Positions 40,597 to 50,357 of a stretch of DNA of 64,000 nt are shown here, piece after piece. Numbering within the stretch: the stretch's first letter is position 1; the number at the start of each line of letters is the position of its first letter. Location of the stretch: positions 29,471-93,470 of the forward strand of contig JAHQWG010000050.1 in NCBI GenBank assembly GCA_029856045.1, written 5' to 3'. Origin of the DNA: Promethearchaeia archaeon (GTDB taxonomy: Archaea; Asgardarchaeota; Lokiarchaeia; Sigyniarchaeales; SOKP01). A program made the translations under genes and the position numbers. A model generated the notes under the pieces. That model had not been told where the DNA came from. It saw nothing but the letters and a program-made list of their open reading frames with translations, and did not search any database.

Positions 40597-41940
40597 ATGT
40601 CAGAAGTTTTTATTGTTGATACAACTCAAGGGATTGATTCCGCAATTAAAGATATGTTTTCTCATCTTGAAAAGGATGGAGAATCCATTTTAAAAAGTTC
40701 AAAAGAGGTTTATATTAAAGTTAATGGCATCGATTTTAAAAAACACGCTTATACTTCTCCCGAAGTTTTAGAGATTGTAATTAAAAATCTTAAAGAGATT
40801 GGGGCAAGTAAAATTTATGTTATGGAGAATTCAACGCAAGGAAATATGAGTAGAATAGTTTTTGCAATAACTGGTTATAGAAAAGTGTGTAAAAAAACGG
40901 GAGCAAAGGCAATTTATTTAGATGAGGAAAAAACAGAAACTTTCACTTTTAAAGGAAAACCTTCAATAGAAGAAGATCCTAAAGAAGGATATAAATTAAA
41001 AACCTTTAGTTTGCCTAAAACCATAATAAAAATAATGAAAAATAGAGACGCATACACATATATTAATATACCTAAATTAAAGACACATAGTATGGCAGGG
41101 GTAACCTTAGGTTTGAAAAACCAATGGGGTTTCCCAGGACATAAAATGAGAGGATTTGACCATAATTACAATCTCCACTCAAAAATTGTGGATGTTTATG
41201 AATACATTCAGCCGGATATAACAATTATAGATGGAATTGAGGGCACTATTCATGGACATTATCCTCCAACAGCCTTAGAGGATAGACTTGTTAAGAAATT
41301 TAATATTTTAATCGGTGGGAGAGATACAGTTTCAGTTGATGTGGTTGGTGCAAGGGTCTTTGGTTTAACTTTAGATGATGTTCCACATTTGAAAATAGCA
41401 AATGAACGTGGGTTTGGAGAGGGTGATTTAAGTAAAATTAATGTGATTGGAAAATCCTTGGATGAATACAAAGAAAAATATCCTACTGATTTACTTCAAG
41501 AGTTTCCAGACGATATAAAAATTATAAAAGGAAAAGAATTATGCTGTAAAGAAGGTTGTCAAAATAACCCTTTAGCTACCATGCAAGTTTTTAGTTTGGA
41601 TTTTCAAGGAAAAGGGGGTTTTTTCATAGTAATGGGAAAAGGTTTTGATGATGATTTGATAGAACAATTAAAAAGCGAGAGATATGCCAAAGGCCTCGTA
41701 GCTGGATTTTGTGCTATAGATGAGGTTGGAGAAAAATTGAGGGAAGAATTCGGTAAGAAAAATGTGTTTTTCTCGCATAATTGCAATAATTTAGCTGAAA
41801 CTATTAACGCTTTATTTAAATTGATGGATGTAAAGGCTCTCGATGTATTTCCCCCGGGCTTTTCAATATGGAAATTATTATATTATGCAATAGCTGGGAA
41901 ATTACATGGTTCAAAGGCTCTGATTCCAAGTATATTTTAA
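40597..41940 (+). CDS. DUF362 domain Fe-S protein
   Basis: NIPKLKTH...VTLGLKNQWG, IIDGIEG and C-terminal CCKEGC. Confidence 0.85.
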   Translation: MSEVFIVDTTQGIDSAIKDMFSHLEKDGESILKSSKEVYIKVNGIDFKKHAYTSPEVLEIVIKNLKEIGASKIYVMENSTQGNMSRIVFAITGYRKVCKKTGAKAIYLDEEKTETFTFKGKPSIEEDPKEGYKLKTFSLPKTIIKIMKNRDAYTYINIPKLKTHSMAGVTLGLKNQWGFPGHKMRGFDHNYNLHSKIVDVYEYIQPDITIIDGIEGTIHGHYPPTALEDRLVKKFNILIGGRDTVSVDVVGARVFGLTLDDVPHLKIANERGFGEGDLSKINVIGKSLDEYKEKYPTDLLQEFPDDIKIIKGKELCCKEGCQNNPLATMQVFSLDFQGKGGFFIVMGKGFDDDLIEQLKSERYAKGLVAGFCAIDEVGEKLREEFGKKNVFFSHNCNNLAETINALFKLMDVKALDVFPPGFSIWKLLYYAIAGKLHGSKALIPSIF

Positions 41941-42048
41941 TATTAAGTAAATTTTTTCTCTTTTCTTTTTTTTTTTTTTTGAGATATGAAAAGTATTAAA
42001 TATAGTAAGAGCGGATATTATTATATTCAAGTTTGAGGATAATATTTT

Positions 42049-42789
42049 TTGAGAATCTATTCAAAGTTTGAGGAAATACAGAGTTTCCTTTCAATTTCGA
42101 ATGAGTCTTTTGATCTGGAAGATTTTATTAACAGATATATTTTTTCAGCTCAGGATAAAATTACAATCCTCGACAAAATCTTAAAATTCATTAATCTCTT
42201 CGAAATGTTTAAATCCATTAAACCTTTTATGAAAACAATTAATAATTGTATTCTTCAATCATTGGAAATCACTGCAGAAAATATTGATGATTACGATGAG
42301 CTATTATTAAAAACTACACTTTTCAAACTCCTTAATGAATTTATTGAGTATCAAAAATTATCTAAAAAGGATTTTGTTTTAGATTATTTAACAGGAAGTT
42401 TCAAATCTATGCAATTGCAACCATTGATTATTAATTTAGGATTGATGGTAAAACCCATATATACTGATTTAAGCTATGTCAAGAAAATTGAAGATTTAGA
42501 GCAGGTCGAAGTGTCATATGTTTCAGGAGATAATAAAGAGATTGAAATAAAAAGTAGAATTGATAAATGGATTTCCAGACAAAGACTGGATTTAAATCAA
42601 CAAGAGGAGACACGATTCCAATTAATTCGAGAATTTGAAAATTTAATAATGGAATATAGCATCGAAAAGGGAACGAGCCAATATAAAAGATTAATGAATG
42701 AGGTAAATGAAATGCTCACTCTTAAATTTACAATATTGAGTTTAATGGATTCAGTTAGCGAAGATATCGCACCAATTCCTATAAAATAA
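42049..42789 (+). CDS. hypothetical helical protein
   Basis: 246-aa ORF; GAGG upstream of the TTG start. Confidence 0.7.
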   Translation: MRIYSKFEEIQSFLSISNESFDLEDFINRYIFSAQDKITILDKILKFINLFEMFKSIKPFMKTINNCILQSLEITAENIDDYDELLLKTTLFKLLNEFIEYQKLSKKDFVLDYLTGSFKSMQLQPLIINLGLMVKPIYTDLSYVKKIEDLEQVEVSYVSGDNKEIEIKSRIDKWISRQRLDLNQQEETRFQLIREFENLIMEYSIEKGTSQYKRLMNEVNEMLTLKFTILSLMDSVSEDIAPIPIK

Positions 42790-42879
42790 TATAAAATTTA
42801 CCTAATTTTATTAAGAATTATTTTCATTTAAAATACAGAAATAATTATCCATTTATTATTAATTTGGACAATAAGAAAC

Positions 42880-44061
42880 GTGAAAAATTTGGAAGATGAA
42901 AATATTAATAAAAAAACACCGGAAGAAATCGAAAAAGAAAAGGAGATGTTAAAGAAACTCATTCAAAAAGAAAAGAGCGAGATTAAGGAATATTTAGATA
43001 AAACTGAAGAAAAAAGAAAGGAATCATTTGAGCAGAGTAAAAAAGAGATTGCTAAAACTGTTGCTGATAAAATTTTTATTTCTGAGAGAATGAAATCAGA
43101 AGCTGAAATGAGAGCCAGTTTTAAGCCGGATTTAAATGAAATTGAGAAAGCAATTGCCAGTAATATCGCGGATAAGGCATTTCGTATGGATATACGTCGT
43201 GAAAAGGATAATATAAGAACATCAGTAAAACCGAGAATTATTGGGACAGGATTAGAAATTGAAAAAAAAGTAGCCGAAAAGGCATTTATGATTGAACGAC
43301 AAAAAGAACGAGATGAACAACGCAAAGCAATAAGTCCTGATATAGAAAGAACAAAAAAGGAGATTGAGGGAAAAGTGGCCGAAAAGGCATTTATGATTGA
43401 ACGACAAAAAGAACGAGATGAACAACGCAAAGCCATACAAACAGATATTGAAGGTGTAGGAAAAGATATTGAGAAGAGTCTCGAAGAAAAAGTTTTCAAA
43501 ATTGAAAAAATAAAGGAAAGAGATGAACAAATCGCTTCAATAAAGCCTAAAATTGAAGGTACAGGACAACAAATTGAAAAATCAATTGCTGATAAGGCGT
43601 TTATGATTGAAAAAAAGCGCGAAAGTGAGCAACAACGTAAAGCCATACAAGCAGATATTGAAGGTGTAGGAAAAGATATTGAGAAAAGTATTGGAGATAA
43701 AGCTTTTAAAATATCAAGACATAAAAAGCAGAGTGAAGAATTGGCAACAATAACACCTGATATAAAAGGAAAACAGAGTGAATTAGAGAAGAGTATAGCC
43801 GATAAAGCATATAAAATGGAAAAATTAAAGGAAAAAGATAAAGAGAGATTTGAAATAAAAGCAAATATTGAAAGTAAAAAGGGAGAAATCGAGAAAACTA
43901 TCGCAGATAAAGCATTTTATAGAAAAAGACAAAAAGAGAGGGATGAACTGCGTAAGTCTATTGATACAGATATAGAAGGAAAGGGCAAACAAATCGAAAA
44001 AACAGTCGAGAAAAAATTTGATGAGATAAAATCCAAAGAAACAGAAAATAGGAATGATTAA
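42880..44061 (+). CDS. charged protein built of about 9 tandem 35-aa repeats
   Basis: Unit IEKxIADKAFxxxxxKExDExRxxIxPDIEGxGKx; 105-bp DNA periodicity. Confidence 0.85.
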   Translation: MKNLEDENINKKTPEEIEKEKEMLKKLIQKEKSEIKEYLDKTEEKRKESFEQSKKEIAKTVADKIFISERMKSEAEMRASFKPDLNEIEKAIASNIADKAFRMDIRREKDNIRTSVKPRIIGTGLEIEKKVAEKAFMIERQKERDEQRKAISPDIERTKKEIEGKVAEKAFMIERQKERDEQRKAIQTDIEGVGKDIEKSLEEKVFKIEKIKERDEQIASIKPKIEGTGQQIEKSIADKAFMIEKKRESEQQRKAIQADIEGVGKDIEKSIGDKAFKISRHKKQSEELATITPDIKGKQSELEKSIADKAYKMEKLKEKDKERFEIKANIESKKGEIEKTIADKAFYRKRQKERDELRKSIDTDIEGKGKQIEKTVEKKFDEIKSKETENRND

Positions 44062-44074
44062 ATATATCAAAAAT

Positions 44075-44620
44075 TTACCCAGGAATTATTTTTGAATGTT
44101 TTGGTTGAATGACACTGGGTATCTTATATAAATCTATTTTATCTTTAAATTTTTCAAAAATTTTCACGTCTCCACAAAAGTTTTCAATATTGACTTTAAA
44201 AGAAAGATAAAAATCATTAATAATCATAGAAAGAAATGTTCGTTCAATTTCAATATTTGTTTTTTTTGAAATAGCTATAGCCATTAAACGCCCTTTTTGT
44301 TTATATAAAATTCTATTATTCTTAAAATTCACTTCTTCTATTGATTCATTATCAAAATCAAGTTCCTTCACAAAATAATTAAGTGCATTTAAGAATCCTG
44401 AAATTAAATCTTCATTATCTGAATTAAATTTATTAAAGTTTTTTGAGAACTTTTTGCTTAAAAAAGTTAAGCCAGTTTTAGCATCAATTAGGAATATAGC
44501 GTGAAATCTATCAGATAAATTATCAATAATTGAATATCTATATTTTGAAACCCTATTATTAGAATACAATAAAATTACTCCGGTGTATAAAAATGGTTTA
44601 AAATTTGATAATCTCTCCAA
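44075..44620 (-). CDS. longin/roadblock-like domain protein (Asgard type)
   Basis: IFLID.KTGL, DLISGFLNAL..FVKE, F.GDVKIFEKF pattern. Confidence 0.7.
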   Translation of the reverse strand: MERLSNFKPFLYTGVILLYSNNRVSKYRYSIIDNLSDRFHAIFLIDAKTGLTFLSKKFSKNFNKFNSDNEDLISGFLNALNYFVKELDFDNESIEEVNFKNNRILYKQKGRLMAIAISKKTNIEIERTFLSMIINDFYLSFKVNIENFCGDVKIFEKFKDKIDLYKIPSVIQPKHSKIIPG

Positions 44621-44769
44621 AAATACCCATTAAGAACATCGAATATTAAATCAAATAATACCCAAGTATTATAGAAAGTATGTAAAAATCAGAAAATTTA
44701 AAACTAACAATTACCTATTCAATAGAGAATTGCAATTATATTGTAAAAAAACAAGAGTTGTAAGTAGAA

Positions 44770-45225
44770 ATGGCGTTAAATGAAGATAAAGGAAAAAAAG
44801 TATCAATAGGATTAATTGTAAAAAATGAGGATATTGTTTCAAATAAAATTATTCCAAAAAAAATAATCCAATCCTTGGAAGAGAAACCTTATTTTTTATT
44901 GATTTATATAATAAGGGAAGACATCGTGAAAATAAATATATTCCCAATAGAAAATAAAGCAATCAAAAAAATTTTAATAAATTTAACAGATTTTTCTCCA
45001 GAGTTGGTAAATATTATATCTAATATATTAAAAGATTTGAATTTAAATGATTCTATTCTGCATACTACAGGTATCTGCCACGCCGAAGAATTTTGTTATT
45101 ATGAAACTTACATAAATATCGCTAATTTAAATGAAATTAATATAACTCTTGAAAAAATTAAGGAAGAATTTTCGGATATTCCTAGGATTAATAATGTAAT
45201 GATTGAAGATATTCCTCTTCTTTAA
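44770..45225 (+). CDS. hypothetical protein (possible ACT-like fold)
   Basis: 151-aa ORF; ILHTTGIC..FCYYETY. Confidence 0.65.
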   Translation: MALNEDKGKKVSIGLIVKNEDIVSNKIIPKKIIQSLEEKPYFLLIYIIREDIVKINIFPIENKAIKKILINLTDFSPELVNIISNILKDLNLNDSILHTTGICHAEEFCYYETYINIANLNEINITLEKIKEEFSDIPRINNVMIEDIPLL

Positions 45226-45315
45226 ATTAAATTTGAAAATTACTATTTCCTGAGATGTTAAAATAAGAAGTAATGAAAAGAAAATCAGCTCGATTAATTA
45301 TTCTAATGATTTTTT

Positions 45316-46704
45316 ATGAAATTAATAGACACATTAGGATCACTTAAAAATGCTCTAAAATTTGATTCTAAAAAAAAAATAAAGAAAGACACCATTCTGA
45401 AAATCCTAGAAGCGGCACGTTGGGCTCCTTACGCCGGAAATCAACAAGTTTGGAGATTTATTTCTATAGATGATAATGAAAAAATAAAATTCATTAGAGA
45501 ATCCATAAAAGATGGAGATCCTCGGTTAATTAAAAGATTATCAGTTCTTGAAAAAATCACAGAGAAAGAGATAAATAAGGCAAGTTTTAGATTTGATGAA
45601 TCCTATTTCAATGTTGAGCAAGACCTGTATCAATTTAAAATACAAAATATTCATAAGACTGATATTTTATGTGCTCAATCTGCGCCTAAATTCATAATTT
45701 GCTGCCATTCTAATAGGTTGACTGGAAAGATCTATGGGGAAACTGAAATGGGTGCTGCCATAATTAACATGATCATAGTTGCAAATGATTTGGGGTTGTC
45801 TACTAGATGGATAAGAATTTTTAATCGAGAAGATCTAAGAGAGGAATTTCAAATCCCAAGACATATATCTATTGATACAATTCTTGCATTGGGTTTTTCA
45901 GATGATTTTAAGGAAGATATCCCCCAAAATCAATTAAATCTTGAAGATTTTTTATCTCATAATCTGTGGGAAAATCCATTTAAAGTTCAACAAGATTTAT
46001 TAGAAAAAACTACTCAAGAAGAATATAATATATCCGCCATTGATGCAGTTCTTGATCGGCGCTCGATAAGAAATTATCGCGAAGGAGATAATTATAAAAT
46101 ATCATTATTGAAAATTTATAAAATTGTTAAGGCAGGATTATATTCCCCCTTAACTTTAAATGAACCTTTTATAAAAATTCTTGCCATAGATGATCCGAAA
46201 ACCCTCTCTAAAATTGCAGAAACAACTAAAGCATTTTTTATAAAACAATCTCATGTCCATCAAGTTCCTTTAATTATTTTAATTGCATTTGAAGCTAAAA
46301 ATTCTTCGGCTTTTTATGCAAAAATTGACGTAGGAGCCATTAATCAATTAATATTATTAAAAGCTTATTCATTAAGAATAGGTTCTTGTTGGATTGGAGA
46401 TTTTTCGAGAAAAAGAATAAAAGAAATAGTAAAATGTCCTAATAATTGGCATATATGTTCTCTTGTGATATTAGGCTATAGTAAAGTATATCCTAATCCA
46501 CCGTCGAGAATAGGTTTGGGAAAAATGGTATTCCATAATTATTGGAATAAATCGATCGTGAAATATTCTAAAACCCTTAGTCCAAAATCTGGTTTCTTCT
46601 CCTTTATAATGAAAGATATAATAAAACCAAATACTGAAACTCCCTTAAGAAATATAAATGTTGGATGCAAAAATCCAACCTTCTTATTAGAAAAATCGGA
46701 ATAA
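45316..46704 (+). CDS. tandem nitroreductase-domain protein
   Basis: ILEAARWAP.AGNQQVWRF; second domain RRSIRNY and GSCWIG. Confidence 0.88.
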   Translation: MKLIDTLGSLKNALKFDSKKKIKKDTILKILEAARWAPYAGNQQVWRFISIDDNEKIKFIRESIKDGDPRLIKRLSVLEKITEKEINKASFRFDESYFNVEQDLYQFKIQNIHKTDILCAQSAPKFIICCHSNRLTGKIYGETEMGAAIINMIIVANDLGLSTRWIRIFNREDLREEFQIPRHISIDTILALGFSDDFKEDIPQNQLNLEDFLSHNLWENPFKVQQDLLEKTTQEEYNISAIDAVLDRRSIRNYREGDNYKISLLKIYKIVKAGLYSPLTLNEPFIKILAIDDPKTLSKIAETTKAFFIKQSHVHQVPLIILIAFEAKNSSAFYAKIDVGAINQLILLKAYSLRIGSCWIGDFSRKRIKEIVKCPNNWHICSLVILGYSKVYPNPPSRIGLGKMVFHNYWNKSIVKYSKTLSPKSGFFSFIMKDIIKPNTETPLRNINVGCKNPTFLLEKSE

Positions 46705-46734
46705 ATTTAATAAAAAGAATGTCGAAACTCTTAT

Positions 46735-47109
46735 TTATTCTACTTTAATTTTTGAGATTGAACGCCATGTCTTAAAAAAAATCAACCATAAAATTATAAA
46801 AATGAAAATCGAAACGGCTACTGTATAAGCTCCAATAAAAAGATCATATATAAATATTCCCAAGATTCCAGCAGTAGAATATCCAATCATATATCCATAA
46901 GACCATATTCGTAGCCTTAACCCAATAATGATTGCAGGGATTATAATTAAAAAGATGATTAATAAGTAAGCCCATACCTCCATTGATAATAAAATTATAT
47001 ACATATTAATATTAGAAACAACAAAACCTATTATGAAAAATAATACCAAAAAGAAATTATTTCTTAATTGATTACCAATATTAGATTCAGATCTTTGGTT
47101 TTGCGGCAT
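46735..47109 (-). CDS. small membrane protein
   Basis: Four hydrophobic segments. Confidence 0.7.
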   Translation of the reverse strand: MPQNQRSESNIGNQLRNNFFLVLFFIIGFVVSNINMYIILLSMEVWAYLLIIFLIIIPAIIIGLRLRIWSYGYMIGYSTAGILGIFIYDLFIGAYTVAVSIFIFIILWLIFFKTWRSISKIKVE

Positions 47110-47491
47110 ATTATTTCTAATTGAACCAATTAATAATAATTATATGATATAAAATTATAAATTGTTTAAAAAAGTCCTTAAAAATATAAAAATCAATAAA
47201 AAATAGTTATCAAAATTATCAAAATTCGACACTTTTTTCGAAATTTTATCCAAAAGTAAAAATAATTTCTTAAGAAGCTTAAAAAAAAACAGAAAAGATT
47301 ATTAAAATAAAAGTTTACATATATAATATATAAGACATAGAACTTGTATCTTAAAAAAATTTAATTAAGAGATTAACATAAATTTTAGTAGATAAATTAC
47401 AAAAAGATAAAAATCAGAAAGATAATTGTATAATAATTGATTGGAGGAACTTTAAAGGCAAAAATTAAATAGGAATAAAAACCAAAAATAA

Positions 47492-47619
47492 GATCCCTGC
47501 CACTCTGGATTTTTGTCTTTTGGTTGGTGTAGAATATAATCTACACTTATTTTCGCCCTCCTCCTCCCCCTATTTATTTGTGGCAGGGATCCACCTTTCA
47601 AAAAATTCCTGAGGGTGGA
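47492..47619. ncRNA. candidate structured non-coding RNA
   Basis: Perfect 12-bp inverted repeat (47492-47503/47580-47591), inner 7-bp hairpin, C-rich tract and a trailing hairpin; GC-rich within an AT-rich spacer. Confidence 0.5.
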
Positions 47620-48194
47620 GTAAGAAAAACAACACTTTTACATTGTTACTAGTATTACTTAATGAGGAATACCCTTTTTAAATGTTTATTTTTAAATTCT
47701 AACTGGGCTACATCATATTTTAAACTGACCTGCATTTTATTTTTTTAAAAAAATCGAATAGAAGAGTACTCTATTAAAAAACAATGTTTTAAAAGAATCT
47801 TTAAATGCTAATTTAAATGAATAAATGGAATTCTAAAGGGAATAATTTCATATATTTTAGAATATTAATGTTTTACCAATTGACATTTAGAATAAAAAGA
47901 GCTTATTCTAAAGCTAATTTTACAAGTTTCAATATTATAATTTAGAATAGATTGAACAACATTAATAAAAAAGAAATCTTTCAATATAAAAAAAAGTCAA
48001 TCAACGCCTAATCTAAGAAATAATTAGTTAATGGATATTTTCAATCAATTTATTAAAAAATTAACTCAATTTTAATAAAAAATATCAATCCAATTATTAG
48101 TTATCTTAAAATCTTTAAATTGAATAAAAGAGTATTTAATTAAATAACTTTTCTTTCATACAATAATATTCCCCCAGTATGAGAGGTTAATATA

Positions 48195-49883
48195 ATGACT
48201 GAAGTAATTAGAAATACTACAAGTATCTGTCCGGAATGTCTTCAACAAATTCCAGCCGAGATATATGTTGATGATAATACAAAATGGGTTATGATGCGAA
48301 AAGAATGTAAAACTCATGGTGAATTCAAGGATAAATTATCAATTAATAAGGAAGATTATGTTTGGGGTCAAAATTTCTGTAATGATGTTGGCTCAACTTT
48401 AACATCTACAAAACCAAGTTTTGTTAGTTCGGGGATTAAAGAAGGAAGGAACGGTTGCCCTTATGATTGCGGCATCTGCGAGAACCATAAATCGGCTCCT
48501 TGTATTGCGTTAATCGATGTAACAAATAGATGTAATTTGGTATGTCCTATTTGTTTTGCTAATGCAAATGCTGCAGGATATATTGTAGAACCCACATATG
48601 ATCAAATTGTTCAAATTATGGAGCATTTTAGATCGATGAGACCAGTACCACCAGTTTTGCTTCAATTATCTGGTGGGGAACCAACAATGAGAGATGACAT
48701 ATTCGACATAATAAGAAAAGGGCACGAACTTGGATTTACCGAAGTAATGCTTACTACCAATGGAGTAAAGTTAGGAAAATCTGTAGAGTATTGTAGAAAA
48801 CTAAAACAAGCCAAATGTGATGCAGTCTATTTACAATTTGATGGTTGCACACCCGAAACTTATAAGAAAATAAGAGGCGTAAATCTATGGCCTTTAAAAC
48901 AAAAAGTAATTGAAAATTGCAGAGAAGTTGGTTTAAAGGGTGTAATGCTTGTTCCAACGGTATGTAAAGGAATGAATGACCATGAAATTGGAAATATTAT
49001 GAATTATGCTAAGGAGAATACTGATATAGTTGCCGGTGTTGTCTTTCAACCAGTATCTCTATGCGGAAGGATTAGCTATGAAGAATTAATGGATATGAGA
49101 TATACTACAAGTGATTTGAAAGTTGCACTTAACGAATGTACAGGTGGAGCTATTACGTATTTTTACCCAATCGCAACTACAGGGAAATTCACGAGATTAC
49201 TAGCATGGTTTGACGACATGCCTCAATTCTCTATGCTTTCTCACCAAGACTGTGGATTTGCTACTATTGTACCTCTTAATGAACATGGTGAATGGGAACC
49301 TATTGAAAAGTATTTTGACGTTGAGGGGTTAATAAGGTGGGCAAATAAAGTTTGGGATATGGTAGAGAGTAAAGAAATGCCAAAACCTACGAATATGTTT
49401 GGAAATTTTGACATCAAAAATTTAGGTAAAATAGGAAATGTTATTGGTGATTTTATTGATGGAATGGCTGATGCAGCTTATAGAAATTTAATGAGAGCTT
49501 ATTTTTTCGCAGGTCTTGTTAGATATGTTAAAAATCCAGAAAAGATTTTTTCATCAAAAACTTTGCAAAAGTTTGCAAGTCTTGTTTTCAAACCGGGATT
49601 GCAGGCTGCAGGAGCCTTTTTGCAATCGAAAAATTTAATGATTTCAGCGATGCATTTTCAAGATGCCTATAATTTTGACTTGGAGCGAGTATCGCGCTGT
49701 TTAGTTCACTATGGTGTGATAGATCCATCAGATCCTTCAAAGGTCTTAGAAATTCCATTTTGCGCACACAACACCATACATCGTCCACATATTGAGGAGC
49801 AATTAGCTAAAGGAGCATTGGATAAAACACCACAAGAAGTACAGGCCGAGATAGAGAGATTAGTTAAAGCAGTTCAAAAATAA
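48195..49883 (+). CDS. tes: tetraether lipid synthase (GDGT-MAS, MJ0619-like radical SAM)
   Basis: N-terminal CPEC..C..H, GCPYDCGICENH, DVTNRCNLVCPICFANAN, HQDCG, MHFQDAYNFD.ERV.RC and IPFC motifs. Confidence 0.9.
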   Translation: MTEVIRNTTSICPECLQQIPAEIYVDDNTKWVMMRKECKTHGEFKDKLSINKEDYVWGQNFCNDVGSTLTSTKPSFVSSGIKEGRNGCPYDCGICENHKSAPCIALIDVTNRCNLVCPICFANANAAGYIVEPTYDQIVQIMEHFRSMRPVPPVLLQLSGGEPTMRDDIFDIIRKGHELGFTEVMLTTNGVKLGKSVEYCRKLKQAKCDAVYLQFDGCTPETYKKIRGVNLWPLKQKVIENCREVGLKGVMLVPTVCKGMNDHEIGNIMNYAKENTDIVAGVVFQPVSLCGRISYEELMDMRYTTSDLKVALNECTGGAITYFYPIATTGKFTRLLAWFDDMPQFSMLSHQDCGFATIVPLNEHGEWEPIEKYFDVEGLIRWANKVWDMVESKEMPKPTNMFGNFDIKNLGKIGNVIGDFIDGMADAAYRNLMRAYFFAGLVRYVKNPEKIFSSKTLQKFASLVFKPGLQAAGAFLQSKNLMISAMHFQDAYNFDLERVSRCLVHYGVIDPSDPSKVLEIPFCAHNTIHRPHIEEQLAKGALDKTPQEVQAEIERLVKAVQK

Positions 49884-50060
49884 TTATCTTAACATCTTTT
49901 TTTAATTATTTCTTTTATCTGCATGAGAAGTCTTATCTTTTAACTTTTATTAGAAAGAGTTTTTCTCCCATTACTTTCCCATAAATTGCTCAAGAAATGT
50001 CCCATTTTCCGATAAATTTATATTCAATGCGTTAAATTTATTTTTAATCGTTAAAAATTG

Positions 50061-50172
50061 ATGAGTAATTTATGTTATATAGTCAAGATAGATGGAATAA
50101 AATTATCGGACTACTCAAAGTACATAATATGCCGTCTATCAATTTGACTTGTATAGCGACATTGATTTTTTT
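50061..50172 (+). promoter_or_regulatory. long leader hairpin with overlapping 28-codon uORF and U-tract upstream of an MFS gene
   Basis: agtcaa-gatagatgg pairs with ccgtctatc-ttgact; uORF 50061-50147; T-run follows the hairpin. Confidence 0.45.
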
Positions 50173-50357
50173 ATGATTCGATTATAAAATCAACGACTTC
50201 TCTCTTTTGCATCTTATTATCATTACCTTGTATATTCTTGCACTTCTTTTATTTTTCTTAGATCTTTGATATTCTTTTTTTATATTATAATTCTACGGAT
50301 TTCTTTCAGATTAATATTGATTTTATAATAAAATAAAAAAATAGGGGTTAAAAAAAA

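Noticed and set aside
42963-43646. 227-aa repetitive minus-strand ORF
   Set aside because: Antisense mirror of the 35-aa repeat gene.
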